From Carpediemonas membranifera BICM (taxonomy: Eukaryota > Protista > Fornicata), in the NCBI GenBank assembly GCA_019828565.1, contig JAHDYR010000005.1, forward strand, positions 521,200 to 585,199: a DNA stretch of 64,000 nucleotides. The letters run 5' to 3'. The notes under the pieces are model-generated. The model made no database searches, was not told the origin of the DNA, and was given only the letters and a program-made list of their open reading frames with translations. Positions within the stretch are counted from its first letter, which is position 1, and each line of letters begins with the position of its first letter. Of this stretch, positions 52,885-62,350 are shown one piece after another. The position numbers were made by a program, and so were the translations under genes.

Positions 52885-53352
52885 ATGAACACCAGTGAAA
52901 CATCACCATCTGATAAGCGTCATGACCCATTCTCTACTAATTTCCAGCCTCTCATGAAGGAACAGCGTCCAGCAATCTCTTTTGGGGCGCCTGCGAGCGT
53001 TCACAAGAAGACGGGCCTCGACATGTTCAAGCCTCCGCAGCAGAAGCCTCAAAACAATGCAAGCACTCTCTTTTCAAAGCCTGTTGCTGAAAAGAAGGCG
53101 CCAGCGCTCTTCAAGGACACCACCGTCACGGGGACCCCGCACAACAGCTCCGTCCACAGCAGCAGTAAGTGCGCGATGTGCGGCAAGTCCACAGTGCTCG
53201 GCTTCACATGCAAGTGCGGGCACATGTACTGCACGAAGCACCGTCTGCCCGAGCACCACGGGTGCACCTTTGACCATGGACTGGCGGAGAGAAGCAAGCT
53301 CGCCAAGGCCAACCCGGTTGTTGCAAAGAGTCAGATAGACACCAGGTGGTGA
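52885..53352 (+). CDS. AN1-type zinc finger protein
   Basis: CAMC...GFTCKCGHMYCTKHRLPEHHGC and LAKANPVV; first ATG at 52885. Confidence 0.9.
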   Translation: MNTSETSPSDKRHDPFSTNFQPLMKEQRPAISFGAPASVHKKTGLDMFKPPQQKPQNNASTLFSKPVAEKKAPALFKDTTVTGTPHNSSVHSSSKCAMCGKSTVLGFTCKCGHMYCTKHRLPEHHGCTFDHGLAERSKLAKANPVVAKSQIDTRW

Positions 53353-53652
53353 TGCAGGGAGTTTTATGATCTCGTTTATGCAATTAAATGTCAGCGCCTT
53401 GTTGATAGCCTTGATAGTTGGTCGAGGCCAAGAAAAGGACTTGACGTGTGGAGGAACATCGCCAGTGTCTGGTGGATCTGGCCGTCTATGAGCCCTCTCG
53501 CTGCTCACAAGACCACCGCTCGTACTGGTTAATATACCTCCCACATCAGTGGTACGCCAGTATCACCACACCGCACTGATGTTGTGTTGTGTTGTGCCAG
53601 GCCTATAGGGCAGGAAAGATGTTGATTTTACCGCGAGTCAGGAGACTATCTT

Positions 53653-54352
53653 CTAGATGTCGGTGCCAAAGTAGCGCTGGGTAAATGGTCGTAGGGGTAC
53701 AAACGTCGCCGAAGTCGCCGATACCAGGGCAGATGTACTTGCGCTCGTCGAGGCAATCGTCGATCTCGCCTGTAACGACGCGGATCTGGGGGAAAGCGCC
53801 GCAGAAGGCGTCGATGCCCTCCGGGCACGAGATGAGGTTGACGAAGATGATGTGGTCCTCCTTCACGCCGTGGTCGAGCAGGACCTTCACCGCCGCCATG
53901 GCGGACCCGCCGGTGGCGAGCATGGGGTCGAGGAGCAGGACGTGTCTGTTGGCGATGTCTCTGGGCATCTTCTCGTAGATCAGGACGGGAAGGGCGGTCT
54001 CCTCGTCACGCTGGATGAGGATCTTGCCGATGCGGACCTCCTGGATGATGTTGGAGAGAGCCTTCTCCATCGACTCGCCGGCACGAACGATCGGTACACC
54101 GACAAGCTTCGAGCAGAACTCGGCGCCAACGTATTCAAGGCCCATAGGGGTCTTCACGGTGCGTTCCTTATAGGGAAGCTTCGCAAGAGCGGCCTCGACG
54201 AGCATGGTGATCAGGCGGTCGCTGTCGAAGACGAACTTGCGTCTGCTGGTCTCCGAATTGCGGATAGAAGCAAACAGGCATCTTACTTGACCGTTTGAGG
54301 GAAGTACTTCAACGTTAGGGTACTTGGCGAGAAGCTCCGGGTGTTTTGCCAT
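53653..54352 (-). CDS. UPRT: Uracil phosphoribosyltransferase; 28-nt intron at 53677-53704
   Basis: GVPIVRAGESME, RIGKILIQRDEET, LLDPMLATGGS. Splicing restores the conserved PGIGDFGDRYFGT end with stop at 53655-53653. Confidence 0.95.
53677..53704 (-). other. 28-nt spliceosomal intron
   Basis: Minus strand GTTTGTACCCCTACGACCATTTACCCAG lies between the codons for DFGD and RYFGTDI. Confidence 0.9.
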
Positions 54353-54644
54353 TATGCTCGTCCTCACGTCAAGGGATTTCCTGGAGATCGAGTTGATCCG
54401 CACCATTTCAAATCTAACTGAATAACGCGGGGTTCTGGCACGGCATCCTTCAGGCGGACTCGATCGCTTTTTTCGTCGCAGAGGCGGGCTTGATGCAAGA
54501 GAGCTTGGGCAGGTCGGACGAGCTAAGAAACCAGAGAGTGAGGCGGCAGTCCAGCTAAGCCTGGATCATGGATCAAAAGAGCTACTAGAATCCAATAAGC
54601 TTCACGTTATTGCGCTGCTTGGGTTCTTTCCTTCTGTATCCCTG

Positions 54645-56789
54645 TTGATTGAGTCAAATATTCTTACCCGTGAAATATCACCGCTAACTCGACCCCAGCT
54701 CGCATCTGCCACCCGTCTACCCAATGTGGAGGAAGTTGAGTCCATGGTGCAGGGTACGGAATGGAACAGATCTTCGCACGCATCGGCGATGAGGCTCGCG
54801 AAACTGATAACACGACGCAAAGAACGGGGTAGAAGCGGGTTACTCTTGCAGACAGAGCAGGAGAATAGCTTCGATAGCTTCGATTTCAGCTCCTCATCAT
54901 CCATCGGCACACCATTATTCGATTCCAGAAAGCGGTTGAGCACATTGGACATGACAGCTAATAATGTGACGATCACGACCCGCGCTGTGGTCTCTGTGGA
55001 CGAGCAGAGTGGCCGCAGGATGGTGAACCAATATATTATCGGACGAACTGTCGGCATCGGGGCATTCGCGAAGGTCAAGACCGTGCTCGAGAGGCCCACT
55101 GGCCTGCGGTATGCGGCTAAGATCATTGATCGTCGGGAGCTAGCCAGGAAGGGCCAGGTCTCTGCCCACGACCCCATGGACGATGTGTACAACGAGATCC
55201 TCGTCCTCGGTCGCATACAGCATGACCACGTCCCCACACTGCACGAGGTCATCGACGACCCGTCCGTGTCTGAGCTCTACTACATCATGGATCTGATTGA
55301 GGGTGAGACGATGCACGTCGGGACGACGATAGGGCTGGCTGAGGGCCGCGCGCTTGTTCGTGACATAGCGGGGGTGCTGCGGTACCTACACGGCAACCAG
55401 ATCGTTCACGGGGACGTGAAGCCCGACAACATTGTCCACAGCGACGGCCGCTTTATCCTGCTCGACTTTGGCACGAGTCGCACGATCAACGCCAGCTCGG
55501 ACTTCCTTGTTCGGACCGTCGGCACACAGGCGTTTATGGCGCCCGAGATGACAGCCGAGGACGGGTACAACGGCAAAACTGCTGACGTCTGGGCACTTGG
55601 AGTGACCCTCTTCACCCTTGTCTACGGGGCACTGCCGTTCGACGGCGACACGCTCGCAGACCTCCTGCACGACATCGAGACCCGCCGCCCGATCATCCCG
55701 CCGCTGGAGGACCCGCTGTTGGTTGACCTGCTGCATGGGCTGCTGGCCAAGGACCCCATGCACAGGCTCAGGGCCGACCAGGTGCTGTGGCACCCCTGGG
55801 TCAAGCGGCAGAGGCCCAGCAGCCTCCGCAAGTTCCACCTGAAGGTCCAATTGGAGGGGAGGTCTCGAATGGTCCGGGACCACCGCGCTATCCTGCGGCG
55901 CCGTTCGGTGATCAGTCTCTCCCCTGTCCAGCGGGGCGGGTCGAGGGACACGTTCGACAGCTCGTCCTCGCACCTCAGCCTGGACGTGCTGACGCCAGTG
56001 AAAGCCCCGCCCCGGCCCCGCCACCGCACCGAGTCTGTGTTTAGACCTCAGAAGCCCGTGCTCAACAGGTTCGAGGTCTCGTTCAACGCCGACTCGTCCA
56101 GCGACGGTGAGCTGTCCGATGCACCTAAGGAGCTCGACGTCGTCCGGCTGAATCCTGGCACAACGGTGTCGCCAGTGCCCATCACAACCTCTCTGCGGTT
56201 CTTCGCCACGCCAACCAACCGCCGCAGCCCGAGCCCCGTGCCCCGCAAGCCGTCAATCGTGTCGTCCGTGGCCGTCGTGTCGCAGCGTCTGTGGGGCAAG
56301 GTCGACCTCGAGAGCCGGCTCCGGATGGACGTGGCCAAGACGTCCACGGGGCTGGTCTTCACGGACCAGGGCACGCCCGTGACAACGACGCCGCTCACAG
56401 CCCGACGGCCAGTGCCCAATGTCACGGCCGACACCGCCGTCAACATGCCCCTGCCCGAGACGGTGGTTGGGGCCCCGGCCTCGGACTTCGGCGACTCCTC
56501 GTCCTTCCAGTCGGACTCGTTCGATTCTCTGACGGGAGACGACGGCATCGCTGCGCTGAGCGACGTCGAGGGCATCGAGAACCTTGGGCAGCGTAGGTTG
56601 GGCTTTGAGGACGACTTTGATGTGGCCAGCGTGTCGTCGCAGTCGTGGTCGGAGATGGAATCTGGAGACGATCTCCCCGATATCATGAATCTGCTGCTGA
56701 ATCAGGCCGATCAGATCGAGATCATGCTGATGGCCTGGAACAGCGCACGTAAGCCGCCGTACTGCATGCCCAAGGCCTGCGGAGTGTAG
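54645..56789 (+). CDS. Ser/Thr protein kinase, CaMKK-like (start uncertain)
   Basis: VNQY, GIGAFAKV, AAKII, LHEVIDDP, HGDVKPDN, DFG, GTQAFMAPE, DVWALGVTL; long Ser-rich tail. Confidence 0.9.
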   Translation: MIESNILTREISPLTRPQLASATRLPNVEEVESMVQGTEWNRSSHASAMRLAKLITRRKERGRSGLLLQTEQENSFDSFDFSSSSSIGTPLFDSRKRLSTLDMTANNVTITTRAVVSVDEQSGRRMVNQYIIGRTVGIGAFAKVKTVLERPTGLRYAAKIIDRRELARKGQVSAHDPMDDVYNEILVLGRIQHDHVPTLHEVIDDPSVSELYYIMDLIEGETMHVGTTIGLAEGRALVRDIAGVLRYLHGNQIVHGDVKPDNIVHSDGRFILLDFGTSRTINASSDFLVRTVGTQAFMAPEMTAEDGYNGKTADVWALGVTLFTLVYGALPFDGDTLADLLHDIETRRPIIPPLEDPLLVDLLHGLLAKDPMHRLRADQVLWHPWVKRQRPSSLRKFHLKVQLEGRSRMVRDHRAILRRRSVISLSPVQRGGSRDTFDSSSSHLSLDVLTPVKAPPRPRHRTESVFRPQKPVLNRFEVSFNADSSSDGELSDAPKELDVVRLNPGTTVSPVPITTSLRFFATPTNRRSPSPVPRKPSIVSSVAVVSQRLWGKVDLESRLRMDVAKTSTGLVFTDQGTPVTTTPLTARRPVPNVTADTAVNMPLPETVVGAPASDFGDSSSFQSDSFDSLTGDDGIAALSDVEGIENLGQRRLGFEDDFDVASVSSQSWSEMESGDDLPDIMNLLLNQADQIEIMLMAWNSARKPPYCMPKACGV

Positions 56790-56905
56790 GGAAGCATTTA
56801 TTACTCTATCACTGTATACATACCATATCTTTTCCCGTAAATATTTTGGCCACACTTTTAACAAGGACGATGACCGAGCCAGCCGGACAGTGCAGTATAA
56901 GGCTC

Positions 56906-59398
56906 CTATGGCTTATAGATGTACAGCTCCTGGTCGTCCGCCGACCGCTCCAGGTACTCGTGCTCGATGAGGTGTTCGATGCGCTGCTTCATATCCCGGG
57001 GCTGCGGGTTGAAGAAGCGCTTCACCTCGTCGCTGATCTTGAGCAGCAGGTCGTGGTGCCTCATCTGGCGGTGTCCCTTCATGATGCGGACGATCGCACT
57101 GTCGATGCTCAGCTCCCGCTCCAGCCCGGTGGCCTCGACGGCGTCTCTCTCCGCCTGGCGTGTGATCTTGATCGGCTGGACCCCGATCTGGACCTTCACG
57201 CTCGTGCTCTTGAACTTGGTGTTGACAGACAGCAACGCGTCACACCGCCTGCTCAGGTCGATGATGTCGTCATCCGTCACGGGGCTGGTGATCTTCAGCA
57301 GCGTCGACAGCCGGAACACCTTCTTGCCAGTGCGGTCCTTGACCTTCTTCGGCGTGAACAGCTGGAAGAGGTGGGCGGCGATGACCTCCCGCGGGATGCT
57401 CGACACGAGGCCGATCACAGAGGACACGGGCACGGGGCCGGGGGCCTCGAGGACGTGCATGAACACCGCGTACTGCAGGGGCGTCATGGACACGCTGTAC
57501 ACCCGCTTGGACTCGGCGTCGGGCTCGGGCTCGAACTGGATGTGGACGGCGCCCTTGTCGGGCAGGAAACGCACCTCGACCTTGTCGTTCTTCGCCATCT
57601 CCTGGGCGACGAGGTGGTCAGCGCAGCCCTGCAGCGCCGCGGGGTAGGGGAAGCTCTTGGCCGGCTCGATCGCCCAGTGCTGCTGCTGTATGAGCAGGGG
57701 GGTGAACTCAACGCCGTCTACGGCCGTCGTGGTGCGGCGGGTCGAGTGCTTGCTGATGTCCGCGATCATCTGGCGCATGTCGTGGATCCGCTCCATGTCG
57801 AAGTACTTGTCCTGCTCCCCTATAGCCTTGAGCATGGCGTTCTCCACCTCCAGATTGCCCCCGTCGAGAAGACGGTCGGCTAGATTCCTCTTGTGGTTCA
57901 CTATGAACTGGTCGCGGTCATGGATGGCGATCAGCGCGTCGACAACGTGCTCGGCGACCTTCTCGATCTCAACGACGTCCTTTGTTTTCTGGAGAAGCAA
58001 ATGTACGTATTTCGCCAAGTACAACGGAAGAATGAAGTCACCGTCCTCGTTTGTGAAGAAGTGCCTCGGGTCTGCCTTGACGAACACGGAGAGGGCGTCG
58101 TGGAACACAGCCCGGTCGAGCCCGCCCTTGATGATCTGGTTGAACGGGGGCAGCACCACAGTCACGAGGCCCCGGCAGAACTCCTTGAGGGCGCGCTCCC
58201 GGTCGGGCTTGTCGACCGCGATGAACTTGGCGATGTACTTCTCGGCGAGCTCCTCGACGGACTTCTTGAAGCTTGCGACGACAGAGGCCTGGATCTCCCC
58301 CAGGATGCTGGTGCGGCCGACAATGACGTCGGGGTTGGTCTCGCTGGCTTCACGGGCAATGCGGTCCGCCGTGACAGCGAGGTTAGTGATCTTGGCGACC
58401 GTCGTGACGGCCGTAGCGTCCTTGAGCACGACGGACAGCACGCTGCGGAGAGAGCGGTCGCCCGACTCGAGCAGGAAGTCCGTATGGGCGTCTACCAGGC
58501 CGGACATGCAGGAGAAGAGCATCTCCGCCTCAAGTGACTCGAAGACCTTGGACTCGTGCGACAGCAGGCGTCTCTCGGCCGCCACCCGGTCGAACACGGT
58601 CTCGACGTAGTCGGGCACGGTCAGCTTCTCTCGCAGCTCCTTGCCGGTCCGGATCCAGAAGCCTTTGGCCTCCTCCATGAGCGGGACGCCGAACAGCTTG
58701 ATGAACTGCGTGTTGTCCGCCGTCTTGGTCATCTGGCCGGACACCTCGCGGGGCCGGGGGGCGGCGGGCTTCTCGGACAGCAGCCGCTTGTACGCCTTGA
58801 ACGCGTTGATGATCTTTTGGACGTCGACGTCGGCGTCACCGGACCTGAGCCGGGTGACCTCCTGCTGGATGAACTTGATGACGTCGTCCTGGTACTTAAC
58901 ATGCACCGTCTGGTACAGCGCGCTCATGGTCTCGACGCTGTCGTCCGCGCTGCTCTTGTTCTTGGAGTAGGAGTTGTATGCACTGCCGATGACGTAGTTG
59001 AACATGACGTCGAGGCACTCCTGGAACGATCCCGCCTCCTGGACAACCGTGTACAGCCCATCGACGAGCTCGTAGCCCGATCTCTCCCGCATATGGTAGT
59101 TGTCGAGCATCACGTAGTACTTCTTCAGCTGGGCGAGGAACCAGCGCTGAGCCTTGTCAGACTCGCTTCCTCGGTTGCGGACAACGACGTAGATCTTCTT
59201 GTTGAGCTCAACAAGGTCGTTGGAGTGATCCCGATAGCCAGACTCGTTACGAAGCAGGTATTGTTGGAAGAACTTGTCCATGGCATCCTGTACGATCGGA
59301 TCCATCGTGTTTGCCGCTTCATCTTCTTCGCGAAGGCCCGCAAGAACCGAGCTAGGCTCATATGTCCGGTTGGATTGCTCTTCACGGCGGGGAATCAT
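56906..59398 (-). CDS. Cullin (divergent)
   Basis: LAKYVH.LL, DRDQF...HKRNLADRLL, neddylation motif IDSAIVRIMK, MKQRIEHLIEHEYLER. Confidence 0.9.
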   Translation of the reverse strand: MIPRREEQSNRTYEPSSVLAGLREEDEAANTMDPIVQDAMDKFFQQYLLRNESGYRDHSNDLVELNKKIYVVVRNRGSESDKAQRWFLAQLKKYYVMLDNYHMRERSGYELVDGLYTVVQEAGSFQECLDVMFNYVIGSAYNSYSKNKSSADDSVETMSALYQTVHVKYQDDVIKFIQQEVTRLRSGDADVDVQKIINAFKAYKRLLSEKPAAPRPREVSGQMTKTADNTQFIKLFGVPLMEEAKGFWIRTGKELREKLTVPDYVETVFDRVAAERRLLSHESKVFESLEAEMLFSCMSGLVDAHTDFLLESGDRSLRSVLSVVLKDATAVTTVAKITNLAVTADRIAREASETNPDVIVGRTSILGEIQASVVASFKKSVEELAEKYIAKFIAVDKPDRERALKEFCRGLVTVVLPPFNQIIKGGLDRAVFHDALSVFVKADPRHFFTNEDGDFILPLYLAKYVHLLLQKTKDVVEIEKVAEHVVDALIAIHDRDQFIVNHKRNLADRLLDGGNLEVENAMLKAIGEQDKYFDMERIHDMRQMIADISKHSTRRTTTAVDGVEFTPLLIQQQHWAIEPAKSFPYPAALQGCADHLVAQEMAKNDKVEVRFLPDKGAVHIQFEPEPDAESKRVYSVSMTPLQYAVFMHVLEAPGPVPVSSVIGLVSSIPREVIAAHLFQLFTPKKVKDRTGKKVFRLSTLLKITSPVTDDDIIDLSRRCDALLSVNTKFKSTSVKVQIGVQPIKITRQAERDAVEATGLERELSIDSAIVRIMKGHRQMRHHDLLLKISDEVKRFFNPQPRDMKQRIEHLIEHEYLERSADDQELYIYKP

Positions 59399-59534
59399 GA
59401 AGCAATGGGGATTTGTCGACACGACTGTAATACATGATGGGCATGGATACCATAAATCAGCTGTCTGGGAAGAGAGAAAGGGTGATAACTATAGGGTGTC
59501 CCTGAGTGGGGATAAACAGACGGATAGCCGCCAC

Positions 59535-60797
59535 TCATCCGACAGACGCGGTCCGCTCGACCTTGGTCCGCAGCTCCCCGACCTCTGCCTGACGCCGCAT
59601 CCGCTCGTTCTCGAGGTGCTTCCTCTCCGCCTCCAGCCGCGCCATCTCGACGACCAGCTGATTCTTCTCCGGGTCGACCTCCCGCTTGGCCGCAAGCACG
59701 CCAAGGCCCTCGAGCTGCGTCTCCAGAACCTCCGCACGCTTCTGGGCCTCGTGCAGCTCCCGCCGCAGCCGCTGTGTGGTGCTGGCGGCCTCGTTGAGCT
59801 GCACGATGCTCTCCTTAACGGCCATGTGGGCCCGACGCCCGTCGATGCCAGTGGCGCTCAGCTCGGCCTCCTTCGTCTTCAGCTGAGCGTCCAGCGCCTG
59901 TGCCCGCTCCCGCCAGGCCAGGCAGGACTCCCGCTGGGCTTTGAACTTGGCGATGGCCGTGGCGAGGCTGTCGGCCAGGGCCGGGTCCTCGCTGGCCTCG
60001 GGCCGGGACGACTCGAGGTCACTCATACGACTCAGGGCGTGCTGCCTGTCGTTCTCGGACTTGCTGAGTGCCCCCCGCAGTGTCTCGAGCTCGGCGTCCT
60101 TCTCCTCGGTCACACGAGACAGCTCGGCATCGAGGTTGTCCCGCTCCATCGTCATCGCCCGCAGCTCGGCCCGCATCCCCTGCGCCTCCTCGGCCTTCGA
60201 GGACCGCGCGGCCTTCATCTCCTCGGTGAGGGTGTTGTGGCCCGCCCGGGCCTTGTCGATCTGCTCCGACAGGTGCTTGATGCGCCGCTCGTTCTCCACA
60301 CGCATCCCCCGCACTGTCTGGTCGAACTCCCGCTGCATGGCCTGGCGCTGCTCGTCATGAAGGCTGATGAGTCTGTTGAGCTCCGACTTGAGGCTCTGGT
60401 TGCCGGCCTCCACAGCTTTGAACTGGTCGAAGATCTGGCTACGTTCGCTACTGTACTCCTCGATCACGGCCTGCTGCTCGCACAGCTTGGACTGCGCCTC
60501 TTTGAGCCGTGTGGACAGAGACTCGATGGTCGCCTCGGCCGCCTCGGTACGGAGGCACTGGGCGTCCAGCTCTCCCCTAAGCGAAGCGTTGGCGTATGAT
60601 AGCTGTTCTACGGAAGAAGACATGTCTACGGTTCGCGCAGACCTGGAAAATTTGTTCGTAGACTGGCCAGCGCTTTGTTTGCCGGCCTGTGATGTGTATG
60701 GGACAAACTGATGCGTCGATTCATTCGCCCCGTAGTGTTTGATCTCTTCCTGAAGATGGCGGGCCGTACGCATCTGCGCGTCCATCTCCTCACTCAT
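59535..60797 (-). CDS. Coiled-coil protein of unknown function
   Basis: ~420-aa ORF rich in E/A/L/R/Q heptads, with host-like codon usage. Confidence 0.8.
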   Translation of the reverse strand: MSEEMDAQMRTARHLQEEIKHYGANESTHQFVPYTSQAGKQSAGQSTNKFSRSARTVDMSSSVEQLSYANASLRGELDAQCLRTEAAEATIESLSTRLKEAQSKLCEQQAVIEEYSSERSQIFDQFKAVEAGNQSLKSELNRLISLHDEQRQAMQREFDQTVRGMRVENERRIKHLSEQIDKARAGHNTLTEEMKAARSSKAEEAQGMRAELRAMTMERDNLDAELSRVTEEKDAELETLRGALSKSENDRQHALSRMSDLESSRPEASEDPALADSLATAIAKFKAQRESCLAWRERAQALDAQLKTKEAELSATGIDGRRAHMAVKESIVQLNEAASTTQRLRRELHEAQKRAEVLETQLEGLGVLAAKREVDPEKNQLVVEMARLEAERKHLENERMRRQAEVGELRTKVERTASVG

Positions 60798-61243
60798 CAA
60801 GATGTTTTGTCTCAGGATTTACGGCAACGTAAATGGTCGTCATAACGACTACATGGGCCAGTGGGCGGGCTGCCAGTGACCGGCTACTGGGCGCGGCAAT
60901 ATGACTGCCCCGAGGCCTCACCAACGGCCATCTACTGTCCATGACCCAGCGAGCACCGCCCTGAGCTGCACGGCGTCACCCTACAGACAGGACACTCACC
61001 GATGGTTGCCAAGCAGGGGTCTTAGGCTAGGTGTCTGGTCCCTGACCTTGACTCTTGTCATAGTTCAGATCTGACGGCGGCGTCTTGATGGCGTGATGAG
61101 TTAAGCGAATGAATGCAGCCGCATATGAACACCACTAGCATCTCCTGATGATAATCCACTGTGATATCGTTGTCCGGCCGCCTGTCGGGGTTCGCAGTGC
61201 GGATCTTTGAAGACGATCATCTCCCTCTCGTCTCACAGAACTG

Positions 61244-62242
61244 ATGGGCGCAGATAGGCACAATAGGACGAAACTGTACAAGGCTGCTCGTTCTGAGGAC
61301 TGCAGAACGCTGGAGCAGCTGCTTCGGCGCGGTGAGAACGCCGACTATGCCCGTGAAGACCGGTGGCCGCTCACTGGCACGCGGCGACACCAGGGCTGGA
61401 CAGCGCTCATGGTAGCGGCCGCCAACGGGAGGTTTAGGGCTGTCCATATGCTGCTGGATGGGTCCCGGGGCTGGAAGGCAGCCGACCCGAACGTCGTGGA
61501 CGCCAAGGGCAGGACGGCACTGCATGCCGCCGTGTGCTCTGACAAATACGACACTGGCATCGTGCTGGAGCTGCTGAGGGCCGGGGCGGACCTGGACAAC
61601 CAGGACAGGGCGGGCAACACCGTCTTCCACACCCTGACGAAGCCCCGCTACCAGAAGAGGGTCGGGCGGATATTCAACGACCTGCTGCCCCACAAGCCAT
61701 TGCTCAACCTCCGCAACTGCCGCGGGGAGACACCCCTGACGATGGCCGCCAAGAGGGGGGCTGTGACGTTCGTCCGGGCCATCGTCACCTGCCCCTGCCC
61801 CATGGTGGACCTCGACGCCCGGGACGACGACGGCAACACCGCGCTGCACTTGGTCAGCAGGGTCCGGGGGACGGACGAGGTCGTCAGCCTGCTCGTGCTT
61901 GGGGGGGCCGACCTCGAAGCCCAGAACTACTGGGGCATGACGCCGCTGGCCCAGGCGATGGTGCGGTACAACATGTTCTACGACAGGCCGTATGTCTCTG
62001 CGCTGCTGACCCACCTCGCCCGCCCCATGGTGGAGGGCACCGACTATGGGTGGGGCCTGTTCGAGATGGACGAGACCATGAAAACGCGGTATAAGACCGC
62101 ACTGCACGCGCAGCAGTTCGGGTCCTCCTCGGTACCGGGCACGGCGAGGCAGTCGGCCAACCTGGACAGTGATGACTCGAGCGACGACGAGGACGCTGTG
62201 GGGTTTCTGACAATCGGCGATGCTGGGCTGGCTCCGGGCTGA
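61244..62242 (+). CDS. Ankyrin repeat protein
   Basis: GWTALMVAA, GRTALHAAV, GNTVFH, GETPLTMAA, GNTALHL, GMTPLAQA. Confidence 0.93.
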   Translation: MGADRHNRTKLYKAARSEDCRTLEQLLRRGENADYAREDRWPLTGTRRHQGWTALMVAAANGRFRAVHMLLDGSRGWKAADPNVVDAKGRTALHAAVCSDKYDTGIVLELLRAGADLDNQDRAGNTVFHTLTKPRYQKRVGRIFNDLLPHKPLLNLRNCRGETPLTMAAKRGAVTFVRAIVTCPCPMVDLDARDDDGNTALHLVSRVRGTDEVVSLLVLGGADLEAQNYWGMTPLAQAMVRYNMFYDRPYVSALLTHLARPMVEGTDYGWGLFEMDETMKTRYKTALHAQQFGSSSVPGTARQSANLDSDDSSDDEDAVGFLTIGDAGLAPG

Positions 62243-62350
62243 GTGCGGCCACGTCGGTTCGTGGCTTTACGACGCGACTTCTTGACCTCACAATCGATCA
62301 GACCAACACGGGTCCAACGAGCCCCGGTCTTAAGGGAAGATAAAGGCGCC

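Noticed and set aside
53580-53597. (TGTTG)n microsatellite
   Set aside because: About three units in a 3' intergenic region; too short to be meaningful.
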